Shown here: positions 43,876 to 54,337 of the stretch, in pieces | Numbering within the stretch: position 1 is the first letter of the stretch | Layout of the letters: every line of letters begins with the position of its first letter | Origin: Terriglobia bacterium | Lineage (GTDB): Bacteria > Acidobacteriota > Terriglobia > UBA7540 | Assembly (NCBI GenBank): GCA_046706005.1 | Contig: JBJKPU010000132.1 | Coordinates: forward strand, 1-64,000 | Direction of reading: 5' to 3' | Length of the DNA: 64,000 nucleotides | Program-made: the position numbers and the translations under genes | Notes under the pieces: generated by a model | What the model saw: the letters and a program-made list of their open reading frames with translations, nothing else | Told to the model about the DNA's origin: nothing | The model's database searches: none

Positions 43876-45648
43876 TTGCGCCTACGCATTCTATCGCTGG
43901 CACTAATCTCCTGCGTTGTGATGGCAATGGATTCAAATTCCAGCAAAGCGGCTAGAGATCCCAAGAATCAAGGCGGACGGCTCGTTCGGGGCGCTGACCT
44001 TGTTCTGCTTGGCGGCAAGATCTGGACCGGAGAGCCGATGGCGAGGCCCGGTGTGAAGGACCCCACAGCGACGTTCGCTCAGGCGGTCGCGATTCTTGAT
44101 GGCCGCATTGCGGCCGTAGGAACGGACGAGCAAATTGAGCCCTACGTTTCCTCCAATACGCAGGTCATCAACTTGCATGGCCGCTTTGCCATGCCGGGAT
44201 TCATTGACTCCCACGTGCACTTCATGGACGGCAGTTTCAAGTTGCTGGAAGTAAACTTGAAACATGTCCACAGCAAACAGGAATTTGTTGACCAGATCGC
44301 GGCCAAGGCAAGGCTGCTTCCGGCGGGACGCTGGCTGCTGGGCGGCGACTGGGACGAAGAAGCATGGCCGGATGGCCAGCTTCCTACGCGCTGGATGATT
44401 GACGAGGTCACCAAAGGCATTCCGGTTTACATTGATCGCTACGACGGCCACGCGGGTCTGGCGAATTCGCTGGCGCTCAAAATGGCTGGAATTACGAAAG
44501 AAACTCCTGCTCCGACAGGCGGCGTCATAGTGCGCGATCCGGCGACGGGCGAGCCCACGGGCGTGCTGAAAGACGCGGCGCAGGATCTGATTACTCGAGG
44601 GATTCCCAACCCTACCGATGCCGAAGCCGAGCAGGCTTTGCGGGCTGGCCTTGCCGAGGCGCGGCGCGTTGGAGTGACCTCGGTTGAGAACATGAACTTG
44701 GGCACCAACACGCCTTATGGAACTTTCCAAGGTGAGCTGCTGCTGCTCAGGCGCGCCAAGCATGAAGGCTGGCTGACCTGCCGCTTTTACGAAATCATTC
44801 CCATCCTCGATTGGGAGCGGCTGCGGGATATCGGCATTTCCCGCAAAATGGGCGACGAATTCATCAAGCTGTGCGCGGTCAAAGCTTTTGCTGACGGCTC
44901 GGTCGGTTCCCGCACGGCATGGATGTTTAAGCCTTACATCGACGACCCGAACAATTTCGGGCTGGCGACGGCTCTGATGGATCCCCCAACAAAAATGGAA
45001 GCGCTAGCTCGCGAAGCCAATGCGGCCGGGATTCAGATTTGCATTCATGCCATCGGAACGCGCGCCATCTCCGAAGTGCTCGACATCTATCAATCCGTCG
45101 GAGGGTCCGATCCTGCGTCGAACCGTTTTCGCATCGAGCACGCCCAGCACCTGCGGCCGGAGGATTTTGCAAGGTTCGCGCGGCTCGGAGTGATCGCATC
45201 GATGCAACCCTATCATGCAATTGATGACGGCCGCTGGGTGGAGAAACGCATCGGACCTAAACGCGCCCGCTGGAGTTACGCCTGGCGGTCCATGCTGGAT
45301 GCCGGCGTGCCGCTCGCTTTCGGAACTGATTGGCCCGTGGCGCCCCTCAACCCGCTTTTGAGCATTTATGCTGCTGTGACGCGTGAGACGCTTGACGGGA
45401 AAAATCCCCACGGCTGGTTTCCGGAAGAGAAGATAACGCTCAATGAGGCGCTTCGCGCGTACACGGCCGGCAGCGCATACGCTGCATTCGAGGAAAATGA
45501 AAAGGGAACCATCGCGCACGGAAAGCTGGGCGATATCGTGGTGCTTTCAGATGACCTTTTTTCGATCGCTCCGGAGAAAATCAAAGATGTATATGTTGAC
45601 CTGACAATCCTCGGGGGGAAGGTCGTCTATGATACACAAAATCCATAG
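43876..45648 (+). CDS. secreted metal-dependent amidohydrolase (amidohydrolase-3 family)
   Basis: HxH (GFIDSHVHF) at the N-terminus of the barrel and a C-terminal HAIGD motif. Signal peptide. Confidence 0.75.
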   Translation: MRLRILSLALISCVVMAMDSNSSKAARDPKNQGGRLVRGADLVLLGGKIWTGEPMARPGVKDPTATFAQAVAILDGRIAAVGTDEQIEPYVSSNTQVINLHGRFAMPGFIDSHVHFMDGSFKLLEVNLKHVHSKQEFVDQIAAKARLLPAGRWLLGGDWDEEAWPDGQLPTRWMIDEVTKGIPVYIDRYDGHAGLANSLALKMAGITKETPAPTGGVIVRDPATGEPTGVLKDAAQDLITRGIPNPTDAEAEQALRAGLAEARRVGVTSVENMNLGTNTPYGTFQGELLLLRRAKHEGWLTCRFYEIIPILDWERLRDIGISRKMGDEFIKLCAVKAFADGSVGSRTAWMFKPYIDDPNNFGLATALMDPPTKMEALAREANAAGIQICIHAIGTRAISEVLDIYQSVGGSDPASNRFRIEHAQHLRPEDFARFARLGVIASMQPYHAIDDGRWVEKRIGPKRARWSYAWRSMLDAGVPLAFGTDWPVAPLNPLLSIYAAVTRETLDGKNPHGWFPEEKITLNEALRAYTAGSAYAAFEENEKGTIAHGKLGDIVVLSDDLFSIAPEKIKDVYVDLTILGGKVVYDTQNP

Positions 45649-45780
45649 GGAACTCTGAAGAGGCTCGCAGTTGTACTTACGCTGAATGAAAAGGGTTGCG
45701 CCGGACGGTCAGAGGCGCTAAGATTCAGGGTCGTTTGGTGCGACGGTTGTGGTTGGGGACCTTGGACCGTCGCTTTCGTA

Positions 45781-46377
45781 TTGGGACGCCTAATGTGGTG
45801 GGAAAAGAAGTCTTCTCAACCTGACACTTCAAAACTTCAGCCTGGAACTCCGAAGTCTCAACCGGAAACCCAAACACCTCAGTCCGAAGCCCGGAAGGTC
45901 GAGCCGCCGGCTCCGACCGCAGACCAATTATCGAAGGTGGAACGCCCTATGCCAGAAATCATTCGAAGAGACGCACCGCTTAGCACTGCCGGACAAGTTC
46001 AGGCGGCTGTTGGCCGCTCGCTTGTCATCAAAGGTGAATTGACAGCCAGCGAAGACCTTTTGATCGAAGGCCAGTTCGAAGGTACGTTGAATATCCAGGA
46101 TCATCGCCTCACCGTGGGCGCGAACGGCAAGGTCAACGCTGAAGTTCACGCGCGGCAAGTTATCATCCTGGGGACGATCAACGGCAACGTGAATGCGCGC
46201 GAGAAGATCGAGCTTCGCCGAAGCGGCAATGTGGTAGGTGATTTGCTGGCGGCGAGCGTGGCTATCGAAGAAGGCGCTTATTTCAAGGGCAGCATCGACA
46301 TTCACCGGGACGGAAAGGGCAGCGAGTCTCCGGTGGCTGCTGCAGCGAGCGCCAGCGCGTTCCGGGACGAAGATTAG
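45781..46377 (+). CDS. bactofilin-like cytoskeletal protein
   Basis: Central beta-helical bactofilin (DUF583) repeat pattern (LVIKGELTASEDLLIEGQFEGTLNI...VIILGTINGNV...). Pro-rich N-terminus. Confidence 0.7.
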   Translation: MGRLMWWEKKSSQPDTSKLQPGTPKSQPETQTPQSEARKVEPPAPTADQLSKVERPMPEIIRRDAPLSTAGQVQAAVGRSLVIKGELTASEDLLIEGQFEGTLNIQDHRLTVGANGKVNAEVHARQVIILGTINGNVNAREKIELRRSGNVVGDLLAASVAIEEGAYFKGSIDIHRDGKGSESPVAAAASASAFRDED

Positions 46378-46472
46378 GGCGAAACCCTCCTTGGTTCGCC
46401 TGATGCAACGTCGCGACCCGTTCCTGCGGACTGCGCGGGAGGGAAGTCGCTCGGACGGTTTCCTGATTTGTC

Positions 46473-47108
46473 ATGGGGCCAGCAAAAGTTCAGAACAGCC
46501 CGAGGAGGGTTGATTCTCCACCAACTTCCATGCCCGCCAGTCCCGCTCTGGATTGGCTCTGGAATTACCTCCGGGATGTGCGCAAGCCCCGCTTCCTGGA
46601 TTGTGGGCCCGCGGCTCCCTCGACGATTAATCTGCTATTGCAGCGGAAAGCCAAGGTTTACGTGGCCGACGTGCTTTCCATGTTGCAACGCAACGAACCC
46701 GGTTTTTGGGGAAAGACTAATCAGAAAGCTGTTTTCCTGCCGGAGAAGCTCGCGGCCCATTTGCCGCCCATACCGGCGGGAACGCTCTCGGCAATTTGCT
46801 CCTGGCATGTGCTCGACCTTGTTCCGCCGGACAAGCGGCCGGAAGTGGCGCAGAACCTCTTTCATTACCTCGAGCCCGGAGGAATCCTGATGGCAATCCT
46901 GCGCGAACCGCATCTTGCCACCGGAATGGATACGCGCTGGCGGCTCGAGAATTTGACCACGCTTAGGATTGAGGGCGCGGGACGGCGTGAATTTCCGTAT
47001 CCCGCCCTTTCCAATCGTGACCTGGAACGGTTGGTGCCTCTGGCGAGCATCAAGAGCTTTCTGACCAGAAGCCGGCGGCGGGAAGTGATTCTTTTGAAGG
47101 AGCGGTAA
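46473..47108 (+). CDS. class I SAM-methyltransferase-like protein (motif I degenerate)
   Basis: FLDCGPAAP (motif I-like), KVYVADV, LEPGGILMAIL. Confidence 0.4.
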   Translation: MGPAKVQNSPRRVDSPPTSMPASPALDWLWNYLRDVRKPRFLDCGPAAPSTINLLLQRKAKVYVADVLSMLQRNEPGFWGKTNQKAVFLPEKLAAHLPPIPAGTLSAICSWHVLDLVPPDKRPEVAQNLFHYLEPGGILMAILREPHLATGMDTRWRLENLTTLRIEGAGRREFPYPALSNRDLERLVPLASIKSFLTRSRRREVILLKER

Positions 47109-47114
47109 GGCCTT

Positions 47115-48062
47115 ATGTCGAAAAGAATGCTTTCGTTGACCCTGGCGATCTTCCTCGCAGCGATTGCCGGCCAAGCCTTTGGCCAGAACCTGGCGCAGGA
47201 CGCGCTTTCGAGCTTTCCTGCCGATACGGTTCACATTGAATTCTCCTCGCCTCAAAGGCTGCGCTCGCTTGCTTCCTACAACGATTTGCGACACCGCTTT
47301 GTCGGGCAGAAGCTCGTGGATCTGGAAACGACTTTGGGGAAACTTGGCATTCAGGAAAGCCAGATTGACGATCTTGTTCTGGGATGGAGGCCTTCCGGCA
47401 GCACGATGGAGCTGTTCGGTCTGGCGTCCGGCCACTTCGATATCGCGGGGATCAAAAAGAGCGCTCAGCAGAGGGGCATAGCTCCGGAAAACCTGGGTGG
47501 GTCGCCGGCCTACTGCGTAGGCGCGGGAGTCTCGACGGAGTGCGCCTTGATTTTCGACTCCACGCACGGCGCCTTTGGCACCCTGGAGACGCTCAGCGAT
47601 ATCATGGATGTTCGCCAGTCGGCGAAACCCAGCGTGGGTTCCAACTCCGGTTTTTCCCAGTTGGTGGATGAGGCGCCCAAGCAAGACCCGATCTGGGGCG
47701 TGGCGGAAGGGCCGGGGGTCGCGGACTGGTTCAACGGGTGGATTTCGAACGCCAGCTCGGTCCAACTCGACTGGACCAAAGTCTTCAGCAACGTGGATTC
47801 GCTCACTTATGGGATCGAAACCGGTGACAACGTGAAGATCGCCTTGCGCCTTAACTGCAATTCTCCCGACTCCGCAACGAGTTTGCGGCAGGTTCTTGAA
47901 GGCCTGAGGCTTGCCCAACAGCTTGCCTGGCAGCATCAGAGCCCGAATCAGCCCGATCCATTCGAAGGAACCGAGATCGAGCTGAACGGAAGCGAGGTCA
48001 CCCTCAAGATGGCGGCTACCTTCGGTCAGCTGGGGAAATTGCAATCAATCGGGGCGCAGTAG
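47115..48062 (+). CDS. hypothetical secreted protein
   Basis: Signal peptide MSKRMLSLTLAIFLAAIAGQAFGQ. Starts 7 nt after the previous stop. Confidence 0.45.
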   Translation: MSKRMLSLTLAIFLAAIAGQAFGQNLAQDALSSFPADTVHIEFSSPQRLRSLASYNDLRHRFVGQKLVDLETTLGKLGIQESQIDDLVLGWRPSGSTMELFGLASGHFDIAGIKKSAQQRGIAPENLGGSPAYCVGAGVSTECALIFDSTHGAFGTLETLSDIMDVRQSAKPSVGSNSGFSQLVDEAPKQDPIWGVAEGPGVADWFNGWISNASSVQLDWTKVFSNVDSLTYGIETGDNVKIALRLNCNSPDSATSLRQVLEGLRLAQQLAWQHQSPNQPDPFEGTEIELNGSEVTLKMAATFGQLGKLQSIGAQ

Positions 48063-48087
48063 CCAGCGGGCGAAGGAAGCTGAAAGC

Positions 48088-49722
48088 TCATGAGCTTTCA
48101 AGCGTAATTCGCTGATCGGGCGCGATGGCAAGAGTGCTTTCCTTGCGGTGGGGAAGTCTCAGCGTAATGGATTGGGCCTGCGATGCAGTTCCCACGATGG
48201 TCTGAGGGACACCGCGTAAATCGGTTTCGAGCCGCGCCTCTCCCGTGATTTCACCGCATTTTCTCCCGCTGATTGACAGCTCGGACCGGACTTCGGGATC
48301 ATCCTGCAAAGAGCCTTTTCGATCCTGTCTGGTCACCAGCTCGGCTTCTCCGGCCGAGGTCTGCAGAATAAATCGAGAAGTCGCAGCACCCTGGGGCAGG
48401 CGGCAATTCCAATCGAGCCTGTTTCTTTCTTTCCTGATTCCATACAGCCGGGAGACAAACTCAATCAGGAGCAGCATGGCCGGTGAATATCCGGTGCCTG
48501 TCGAAAGTGCGCCTGTCCACGGATTGGCCTGCTGCTGGAATTCGCCACCGCCGGTGAGCGCCTGAACCCACTGGCTCATCAGGTGAGTCAGGTCCGCCGG
48601 CTTTCCGTAGTGCTCCATCCATCGCGGCGCGCGCAATGCCGTCAACGTCTGCGAAGCTCCTCCCCAGGAATTTCGGGGCAAACTGTGATCGAAGAGCGGA
48701 TCGTCGGCGGCTATGGAAGGGAATGGATAAGGAGTCCAGAATTCACGGGGATTGTGAACATGCTTGCGGTAGATCGCCTCAAAAAGTTTGTCATCCACAA
48801 CATGCTCGCCTAGAACTCGGAGAAGCGCCACGCTGCGAACCTTAACGAAACGGTTCTCCGTATCGCGGTCGTAAAAACAGAGGTCGCCGGAGTCGAAGCA
48901 CCACTTCATGATGGCGGAACGAATCGCATCCGCCTTTTCCATCCACCGTGCGGCTTCAGCGGGCTTTCCGAGGATTGTGGCCATCCCTGCCAGCGCCACT
49001 CGGCCGCCGTAGACTGTGGCTGAGAGGTCAGGCGCTAACCGCGGCATTCCCGGGACATGAGGGCATTGCCGGGCGTCACCTTGCGGACATGCCCAGGGAA
49101 TGCCCTTGAAGCGCGGGCTATTGTCCTGGCCGGTGTCGTATCCGCAAAAGACTTCGCAGAGCCCGGTGCCGCGTGTGTTGCGATACCGAACCAGCCAATC
49201 GTCCCAGGCTGCGCAGGAGCGATAGGCTTGGGTCAGGAATTGCTCATCCTGCGTGAGGGCGAATAATTCAAGGGCCGTAGCGGCTATGGGAACGACCATC
49301 TGAATTTGGCTGCTACCTACCCAGTTGAAGCGAACGTAGCAGGGTAAATATCCATCCGACCGCTGCAATTGGAAGAAGATGTTGTGCCCCGCGGCTCCAA
49401 CCTCGCGGTTCAGGGGAGCATAAAGCAGGGCTTCCTGTGGACCATCCTCCAGCCAGATCCCGCCGTAAAGATTGCCTTCAATCAGCACGGACTGGTCAAA
49501 TCGATGGACTCTGGTGATATTCTTTTTGAGTCCTGCCAAGGCGGCGTTGTAGCGCGCGTGCAGAGCGCTGGCGTCGGTGGAGAAGGAAAAGGCTTGGCTT
49601 TCGGCGCTGCCGGCAGGTGCAGGTTGCGACTGGTCGCCAGAAGGGAATGATGCTTTAGCTCCGGCGAGTTCCAAAGCCCCACAGGCCAGCATTGTTTTGA
49701 TGAGGTTTCGTCGGTTGACCAC
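48088..49722 (-). CDS. Tat-exported six-hairpin glycoside-hydrolase-like protein (GH63/trehalase-like fold)
   Basis: RRNLIK Tat-like signal. (alpha/alpha)6 glycosidase-like composition. No exact family assignment. Confidence 0.55.
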   Translation of the reverse strand: MVNRRNLIKTMLACGALELAGAKASFPSGDQSQPAPAGSAESQAFSFSTDASALHARYNAALAGLKKNITRVHRFDQSVLIEGNLYGGIWLEDGPQEALLYAPLNREVGAAGHNIFFQLQRSDGYLPCYVRFNWVGSSQIQMVVPIAATALELFALTQDEQFLTQAYRSCAAWDDWLVRYRNTRGTGLCEVFCGYDTGQDNSPRFKGIPWACPQGDARQCPHVPGMPRLAPDLSATVYGGRVALAGMATILGKPAEAARWMEKADAIRSAIMKWCFDSGDLCFYDRDTENRFVKVRSVALLRVLGEHVVDDKLFEAIYRKHVHNPREFWTPYPFPSIAADDPLFDHSLPRNSWGGASQTLTALRAPRWMEHYGKPADLTHLMSQWVQALTGGGEFQQQANPWTGALSTGTGYSPAMLLLIEFVSRLYGIRKERNRLDWNCRLPQGAATSRFILQTSAGEAELVTRQDRKGSLQDDPEVRSELSISGRKCGEITGEARLETDLRGVPQTIVGTASQAQSITLRLPHRKESTLAIAPDQRITLESS

Positions 49723-49852
49723 GTAGAAACGGCGCCTGCTTCAGCGAGGCAAGGCCTCCTGGAATGGAGTTCTATACGTACAAAAGCCACCGGACATCCG
49801 GCCGGGGATGGGAAACATGGGTCAGGCAGTGTGGCGCGCAGCGAGCGACTAA

Positions 49853-50566
49853 TCAGCTGGCGGTGCGAATGACCAGAGAAGTCTGAAGTCGGAGTCGGCA
49901 CGGGGTCTGCGGAGGCAGGTTGACTTCACTCCCGCGTCCCCAGAAGAGTTCGTAGCCCACAAGGGCTGCGCCGGTCGCGGGAACCAGTCCCGCCATCGCT
50001 GTGGTGCTCAGGCCCAGTGCTTTTGCAGTAGCCAAGCCGCCAACGGAGACTGCGCCGGCCAGGAAATCCCTCCAGGAAAGATGGCGCTGACCTTCAACAT
50101 GGCCTTCAGAATCGAGCTTGATGTGCAACTTCTTCTGATTATCAAACTGGCTCAGGACGGCGGACACGGGTCCTTCTTCTCCGCTGGGAAGCATAATCTG
50201 ATCAAAGCTGAAAGCCAGTTCACCCGCCCGGTGAAAACGCCTCGCCTGCCGGATGACTGTGATGCGACCGTTGATGTAGGTTCCCGCCGGAAGAGCCATC
50301 TGGCCGTCGATATAAACGGGCGACGTCAATTGCGCGAGGACCGGATCATCGAGGTGGTTAATTTGAGTCTGGACGCCGGAGAGAAGCCGCACCCGAAACT
50401 CAGTTTCGGCGGGGATGGTTAAAGTCTGGGAGATGCCGTCTTCGAGCGTTGGCTTGGCGCTCTCTGAGAATCGCCTTGCAAGATGAATGGGCGAACCTGT
50501 CTCAGCCGGAAACGCCGGCATCGCAGCGAAAACCACGGCCAGAACAATCATTCCCGCTCTTCTCAT
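49853..50566 (-). CDS. hypothetical secreted protein
   Basis: Signal peptide MRRAGMIVLAVVFAAMPAFPA. No domain recognised. Confidence 0.4.
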   Translation of the reverse strand: MRRAGMIVLAVVFAAMPAFPAETGSPIHLARRFSESAKPTLEDGISQTLTIPAETEFRVRLLSGVQTQINHLDDPVLAQLTSPVYIDGQMALPAGTYINGRITVIRQARRFHRAGELAFSFDQIMLPSGEEGPVSAVLSQFDNQKKLHIKLDSEGHVEGQRHLSWRDFLAGAVSVGGLATAKALGLSTTAMAGLVPATGAALVGYELFWGRGSEVNLPPQTPCRLRLQTSLVIRTAS

Positions 50567-50750
50567 CACGCACCTCTTTTCTTGCTGGGACCCGGCAACA
50601 GCCATGTATTATAGACGAAAAACAAGCACTCTGGGTTCAAACATTTTTAAAACGTGTAAGACGACAAGAGTGGCACCGGGCGGCGGAGTCCCTGACCACC
50701 GGCCGGGCACATGGGTATCGAGCCTCATTTCGCTAAGCTCAGGCCTTTGC

Positions 50751-50960
50751 TCAGCCGACCTTGGTGACCTTGTCGGCCTGCGGACCTTTTTGGCCATCGA
50801 TGATTTCGAATTCGACGGTATCCCCTTCTTGAAGGCTCTTGAATCCGTCCGCCTGTATCGCGGAATAATGAACAAAGACGTCGGCTCCTTCGTCTCGACC
50901 GATGAAGCCATATCCCTTACTATTATTGAACCACTTTACCTTCCCTTGAAGTCGTGACAC
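50751..50960 (-). CDS. cspA: cold-shock protein (CspA family)
   Basis: [15 protein letters not shown] and [11 protein letters not shown] motifs. Confidence 0.9.
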   Translation of the reverse strand: MSRLQGKVKWFNNSKGYGFIGRDEGADVFVHYSAIQADGFKSLQEGDTVEFEIIDGQKGPQADKVTKVG

Positions 50961-51320
50961 TTGCGTTCCCTCCTTGGAAGAAAGCTGGGAATTGTATGGG
51001 ATTTGACGCGTACATCGTCAAATGTGAGTGAGAGGGGAGGTCTTGCAAGATTTCGACCCCATCCACTGAGGAAAAGATTGTCCCTGAAAGCACCCTGGCA
51101 ACTCCTTGGCAACTTATCTATATGAATTTAGGGGGGATTGTCAAGGGAATATTCATCTTTTCATATCAACCCGAAAAGAACTGAACTAGCGTGCCATCAT
51201 CGGGCGGAACAATTGTTCTCGGGGGGCGAGATCTTGCGTACGGCGCAGACGTGCTAAATTTCTCAACTAGGCCACGCGAACCGCCGGGCACTCTTAAAAT
51301 CTTGCAACGTGAAGGATGGC

Positions 51321-51860
51321 TCATCGGCCTTTGATGTCGGGCAGGAACCATAGCAGACCAATCAGAGTCTTGCCATCCTTAATCCTGCTTGTTCGAACCA
51401 TACTGGCCAGGCCAGGTGGGGAGAACGCCCTGCACTCAATCCTTTCGTCGGGCTCAGGCCGGGGCTTGGGACGGCCGGAAACCCGGCAAGTGAACAGGTC
51501 CATCCGTTCCGTAAGGAATCCGGGACTGGGATAGAAGCTGAGAAGTCTTTTGAAATTCCGGCCCTTGTATCCGGTTTCTTCGAGCAGTTCGCGCTTCGCG
51601 CCTTCCAGCGGCCGCTCTCCCGGCTCGAGCGAGCCGGCAACGAGTTCCCACAACGCCTGTCCTACAGCTTGCCGATACTGCCGCACGAGGATTACTCGAT
51701 GATCGGGAAGAACCGGAAGAATGACGACGGATCCCCGGTGGCGGACGATTTCCCGCGTGACCTTCAGGCCTCCGGGCTCGATGAGCGTATCGCGTCTCAA
51801 GTCGAACACGCGGCCCCGATAAAGGGTCTTGCTTGACAGGATCCTAGCTTTCGCGGGCAT
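51321..51860 (-). CDS. NUDIX hydrolase (ADP-ribose pyrophosphatase-like)
   Basis: Nudix box GSLEPGERPLEGAKRELLEETG. Confidence 0.85.
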   Translation of the reverse strand: MPAKARILSSKTLYRGRVFDLRRDTLIEPGGLKVTREIVRHRGSVVILPVLPDHRVILVRQYRQAVGQALWELVAGSLEPGERPLEGAKRELLEETGYKGRNFKRLLSFYPSPGFLTERMDLFTCRVSGRPKPRPEPDERIECRAFSPPGLASMVRTSRIKDGKTLIGLLWFLPDIKGR

Positions 51861-52027
51861 ACGATTCGCTCGCTGATTCGGAAACTGGCCACCCCATCAG
51901 GGCGGCCACAGGCATCCTAACACGCGCGACTGGAGATTTCCCGGATTACGGCTCCCCGTCAGATTAGGCTGTTATACTAGGGATGTGTAGCCCCGTCCGG
52001 GGCGCCGCATGCAAAGTGGTGGCTGAA

Positions 52028-52801
52028 ATGAAAATGTCCGCCCTGATTGTGGATGACGAACAGCCTGCCCGGGAAGAGCTGGCTTTTCTGCTGAAAGAGT
52101 TCCCGGACGTGTCCGTTGTGGGGCAAGGGAGAAACGGGGTCGAGGCGGTCAGTCTGATCCGGGAACTAAAACCGCAATTGGTATTCCTTGATGTTCAAAT
52201 GCCGGGCCTTGACGGATTCGGGGTCATCCAGCGGTTGCTGGAAAAGAAACTGCCGCTGCCTCTTTTCATTTTCTCGACGGCTTATGATCAGTACGCCGTC
52301 CGTGCCTTTGAGGTCAATGCCCTGGATTATCTTGTCAAACCCATCGATCATGATCGCCTGACGCGCGCGATGGAGCGGGTGGAGCGCCTGCTGAGCGGTT
52401 CGGAGAATGCTAACGCAACCATTGACCGGATCGTTCAAATGATTGCTGGGAAGCCGGCGCCGAGTTCCGCAAAAGTAGTTGTGAAGACGGGAGGCCGTCT
52501 TGTGCTCGTCAATTCTTCGGACATCGTTTACGCGAGTATACAGGACGGCGTCATCAACATTGTCACGAAGGACCTGGAAGGCCAATCGAATTTTCGGACT
52601 GTCGAGGAGCTCCAAGGCAGCCTCGACCCCAGAACATTCTGGAGAGTTCACCGGTCTTACCTTGTGAACGTGAACCGCATCAAGGAAGTAGTGCCCTGGT
52701 TCAAGAGTTCATACCAGCTCAAGATGGAGGACCGGAACCAAACCGAGATCCCTGTCAGCCGCGCGCAGACTCGAAAGCTGCGAGAACTTTTGAACTTGTG
52801 A
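52028..52801 (+). CDS. LytTR-family response regulator (REC + LytTR DNA-binding domain)
   Basis: REC domain with the phospho-acceptor Asp (LVFLDVQMPGLDG). C-terminal LytTR (FWRVHRSYLVN). Confidence 0.85.
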   Translation: MKMSALIVDDEQPAREELAFLLKEFPDVSVVGQGRNGVEAVSLIRELKPQLVFLDVQMPGLDGFGVIQRLLEKKLPLPLFIFSTAYDQYAVRAFEVNALDYLVKPIDHDRLTRAMERVERLLSGSENANATIDRIVQMIAGKPAPSSAKVVVKTGGRLVLVNSSDIVYASIQDGVINIVTKDLEGQSNFRTVEELQGSLDPRTFWRVHRSYLVNVNRIKEVVPWFKSSYQLKMEDRNQTEIPVSRAQTRKLRELLNL

Positions 52802-52974
52802 TTCAGCGCGGGCCGGCGAGCCTGCCGCTTTCCTCCGGAACAGGCCGGTGAGAGTTTTCATCCATCAATCTGATTCTCGATAGAGCGCCCGAGGAACCAA
52901 TCCTGTTCACAGACGGAATCGGCAAGGGATTTCAGTTTATGTGTGTATGAGAAAAGATAGAGGAGGCGTGCCTC

Positions 52975-54336
52975 ATGAAACGGATTGGAATACTTATCGT
53001 GTCGTGCTTTTTGGCGGTGTCCGCCGTTGATGCTCAGGAGCCTCTTCAGACGCTGGCCTCCGTTGTGCGGAGGGTCGCGACGAGCGATCCCGGGATTCTG
53101 GCTCAAAGGTCCGCCGTCCAGGCGGCGCGCGCCGGCGCCCGCGAAGCTGAAACTCAGCGCTACCCGAAGCTCTTCGTGAGCATGAACGCCGGAGAAGGTA
53201 AGAGCGTTAACGATCTGGCCAACGTTCTCCTTACCGGTCTACAGGGTGCGACTGTCGCCAGTGCTTCTACGCGCTCGCGACTGTCCGATCTTTCAAACTC
53301 GCGGCCTTATTTCGTTCCCGGCGCCCGGCTCGAGGAGAATTTGTACGACGGCGGGCTCATTCGCGCGACGATTCAATCCGCCCGCCTAAGCGAAGACAAG
53401 ACAGTTTTGGGCGAGCAGAGGGCGGTCGAAGCGGAATCGTCCAGGACGGCCTCTTATTTCCTTGACCTGGCGCGAGGCCAAATCCTGGAAAAGGATTTGG
53501 GGAATTACCTTTCGGCCGCGCAAGTCGCTGCTAAAGCTGTTGCAGACCAGGCTCAGGCGGGAAGAGCGACCGAAGCGCAAGCGCTTGCCATGCAGGCGAA
53601 AGCCCAGGCCGCTGAAGCAGCAGTAGAGAATAATCGCTCCGACATGCGGTTATGGAGCAAACTCCTGCGCGAGTTGGCGGCGCTTCCGGGGTCGGCAACG
53701 TTCGATACCCGGCCAATCGAAAAATATCTCGAAGCTTTTCAGGTGACGCCGATCCCATCTGAGCCGGACCTCGACCAGAATATCGCCCTGAAGGAAGCCG
53801 GCCTTGACACCCGGATTCAGGAACAGGCGCTCCGCAAGGCGGAATCCCGGCGGCTGCCGCAGATTCAGTTGGTCGCACAGTACGGATTCCAGTTTTCCAA
53901 TCTGCTCTTTACGTATCGTCCGGGCTACAATGCCGGAGTCGAAGTGACGTATCCACTGTTCACCAGCGGTGAAACCAAGAGTAAGATTGTGCAGGAGCAA
54001 AGGACACTGGAGGCGGCGAATCTGCGGAAGAGGAAGACGCAGGAAACTCTGAGCGGCGAATATGCAAAGGTTCAGGAGGAAAACGGCAAGATTGCTCGCA
54101 ATCTGGATGCCGCGCGCGCTCAATTGGCCCAAGCAGTTGAAGTTTATCGGGTGGCGCGGCTCAAATATGACCAGGGCGTCGGTTCGCCTTCGGATTTGCT
54201 CGACGCCGCCGGATTGCTGCTGACCAGCCGCGAGCGCTGCTTGGATCTCTCCCGCTCCAGCCTGCTACTCTACTGGAGCGTTCTGCAGTCGCGCGGCGGG
54301 CTTGAGGCTGAACTGGAAAAGGGGGCGCTTCCGTAG
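52975..54336 (+). CDS. TolC-family outer-membrane efflux protein
   Basis: Signal peptide. Two repeat halves with TolC-like coiled coils. Confidence 0.8.
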   Translation: MKRIGILIVSCFLAVSAVDAQEPLQTLASVVRRVATSDPGILAQRSAVQAARAGAREAETQRYPKLFVSMNAGEGKSVNDLANVLLTGLQGATVASASTRSRLSDLSNSRPYFVPGARLEENLYDGGLIRATIQSARLSEDKTVLGEQRAVEAESSRTASYFLDLARGQILEKDLGNYLSAAQVAAKAVADQAQAGRATEAQALAMQAKAQAAEAAVENNRSDMRLWSKLLRELAALPGSATFDTRPIEKYLEAFQVTPIPSEPDLDQNIALKEAGLDTRIQEQALRKAESRRLPQIQLVAQYGFQFSNLLFTYRPGYNAGVEVTYPLFTSGETKSKIVQEQRTLEAANLRKRKTQETLSGEYAKVQEENGKIARNLDAARAQLAQAVEVYRVARLKYDQGVGSPSDLLDAAGLLLTSRERCLDLSRSSLLLYWSVLQSRGGLEAELEKGALP

Positions 54337-54337
54337 G

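Noticed and set aside
43933-44763. 276-aa minus-strand ORF
   Set aside because: Antisense of the amidohydrolase gene.
46635-48044. 469-aa minus-strand ORF
   Set aside because: Arg-rich antisense shadow spanning two plus-strand genes that have signal-peptide and methyltransferase-like features and tight spacing.
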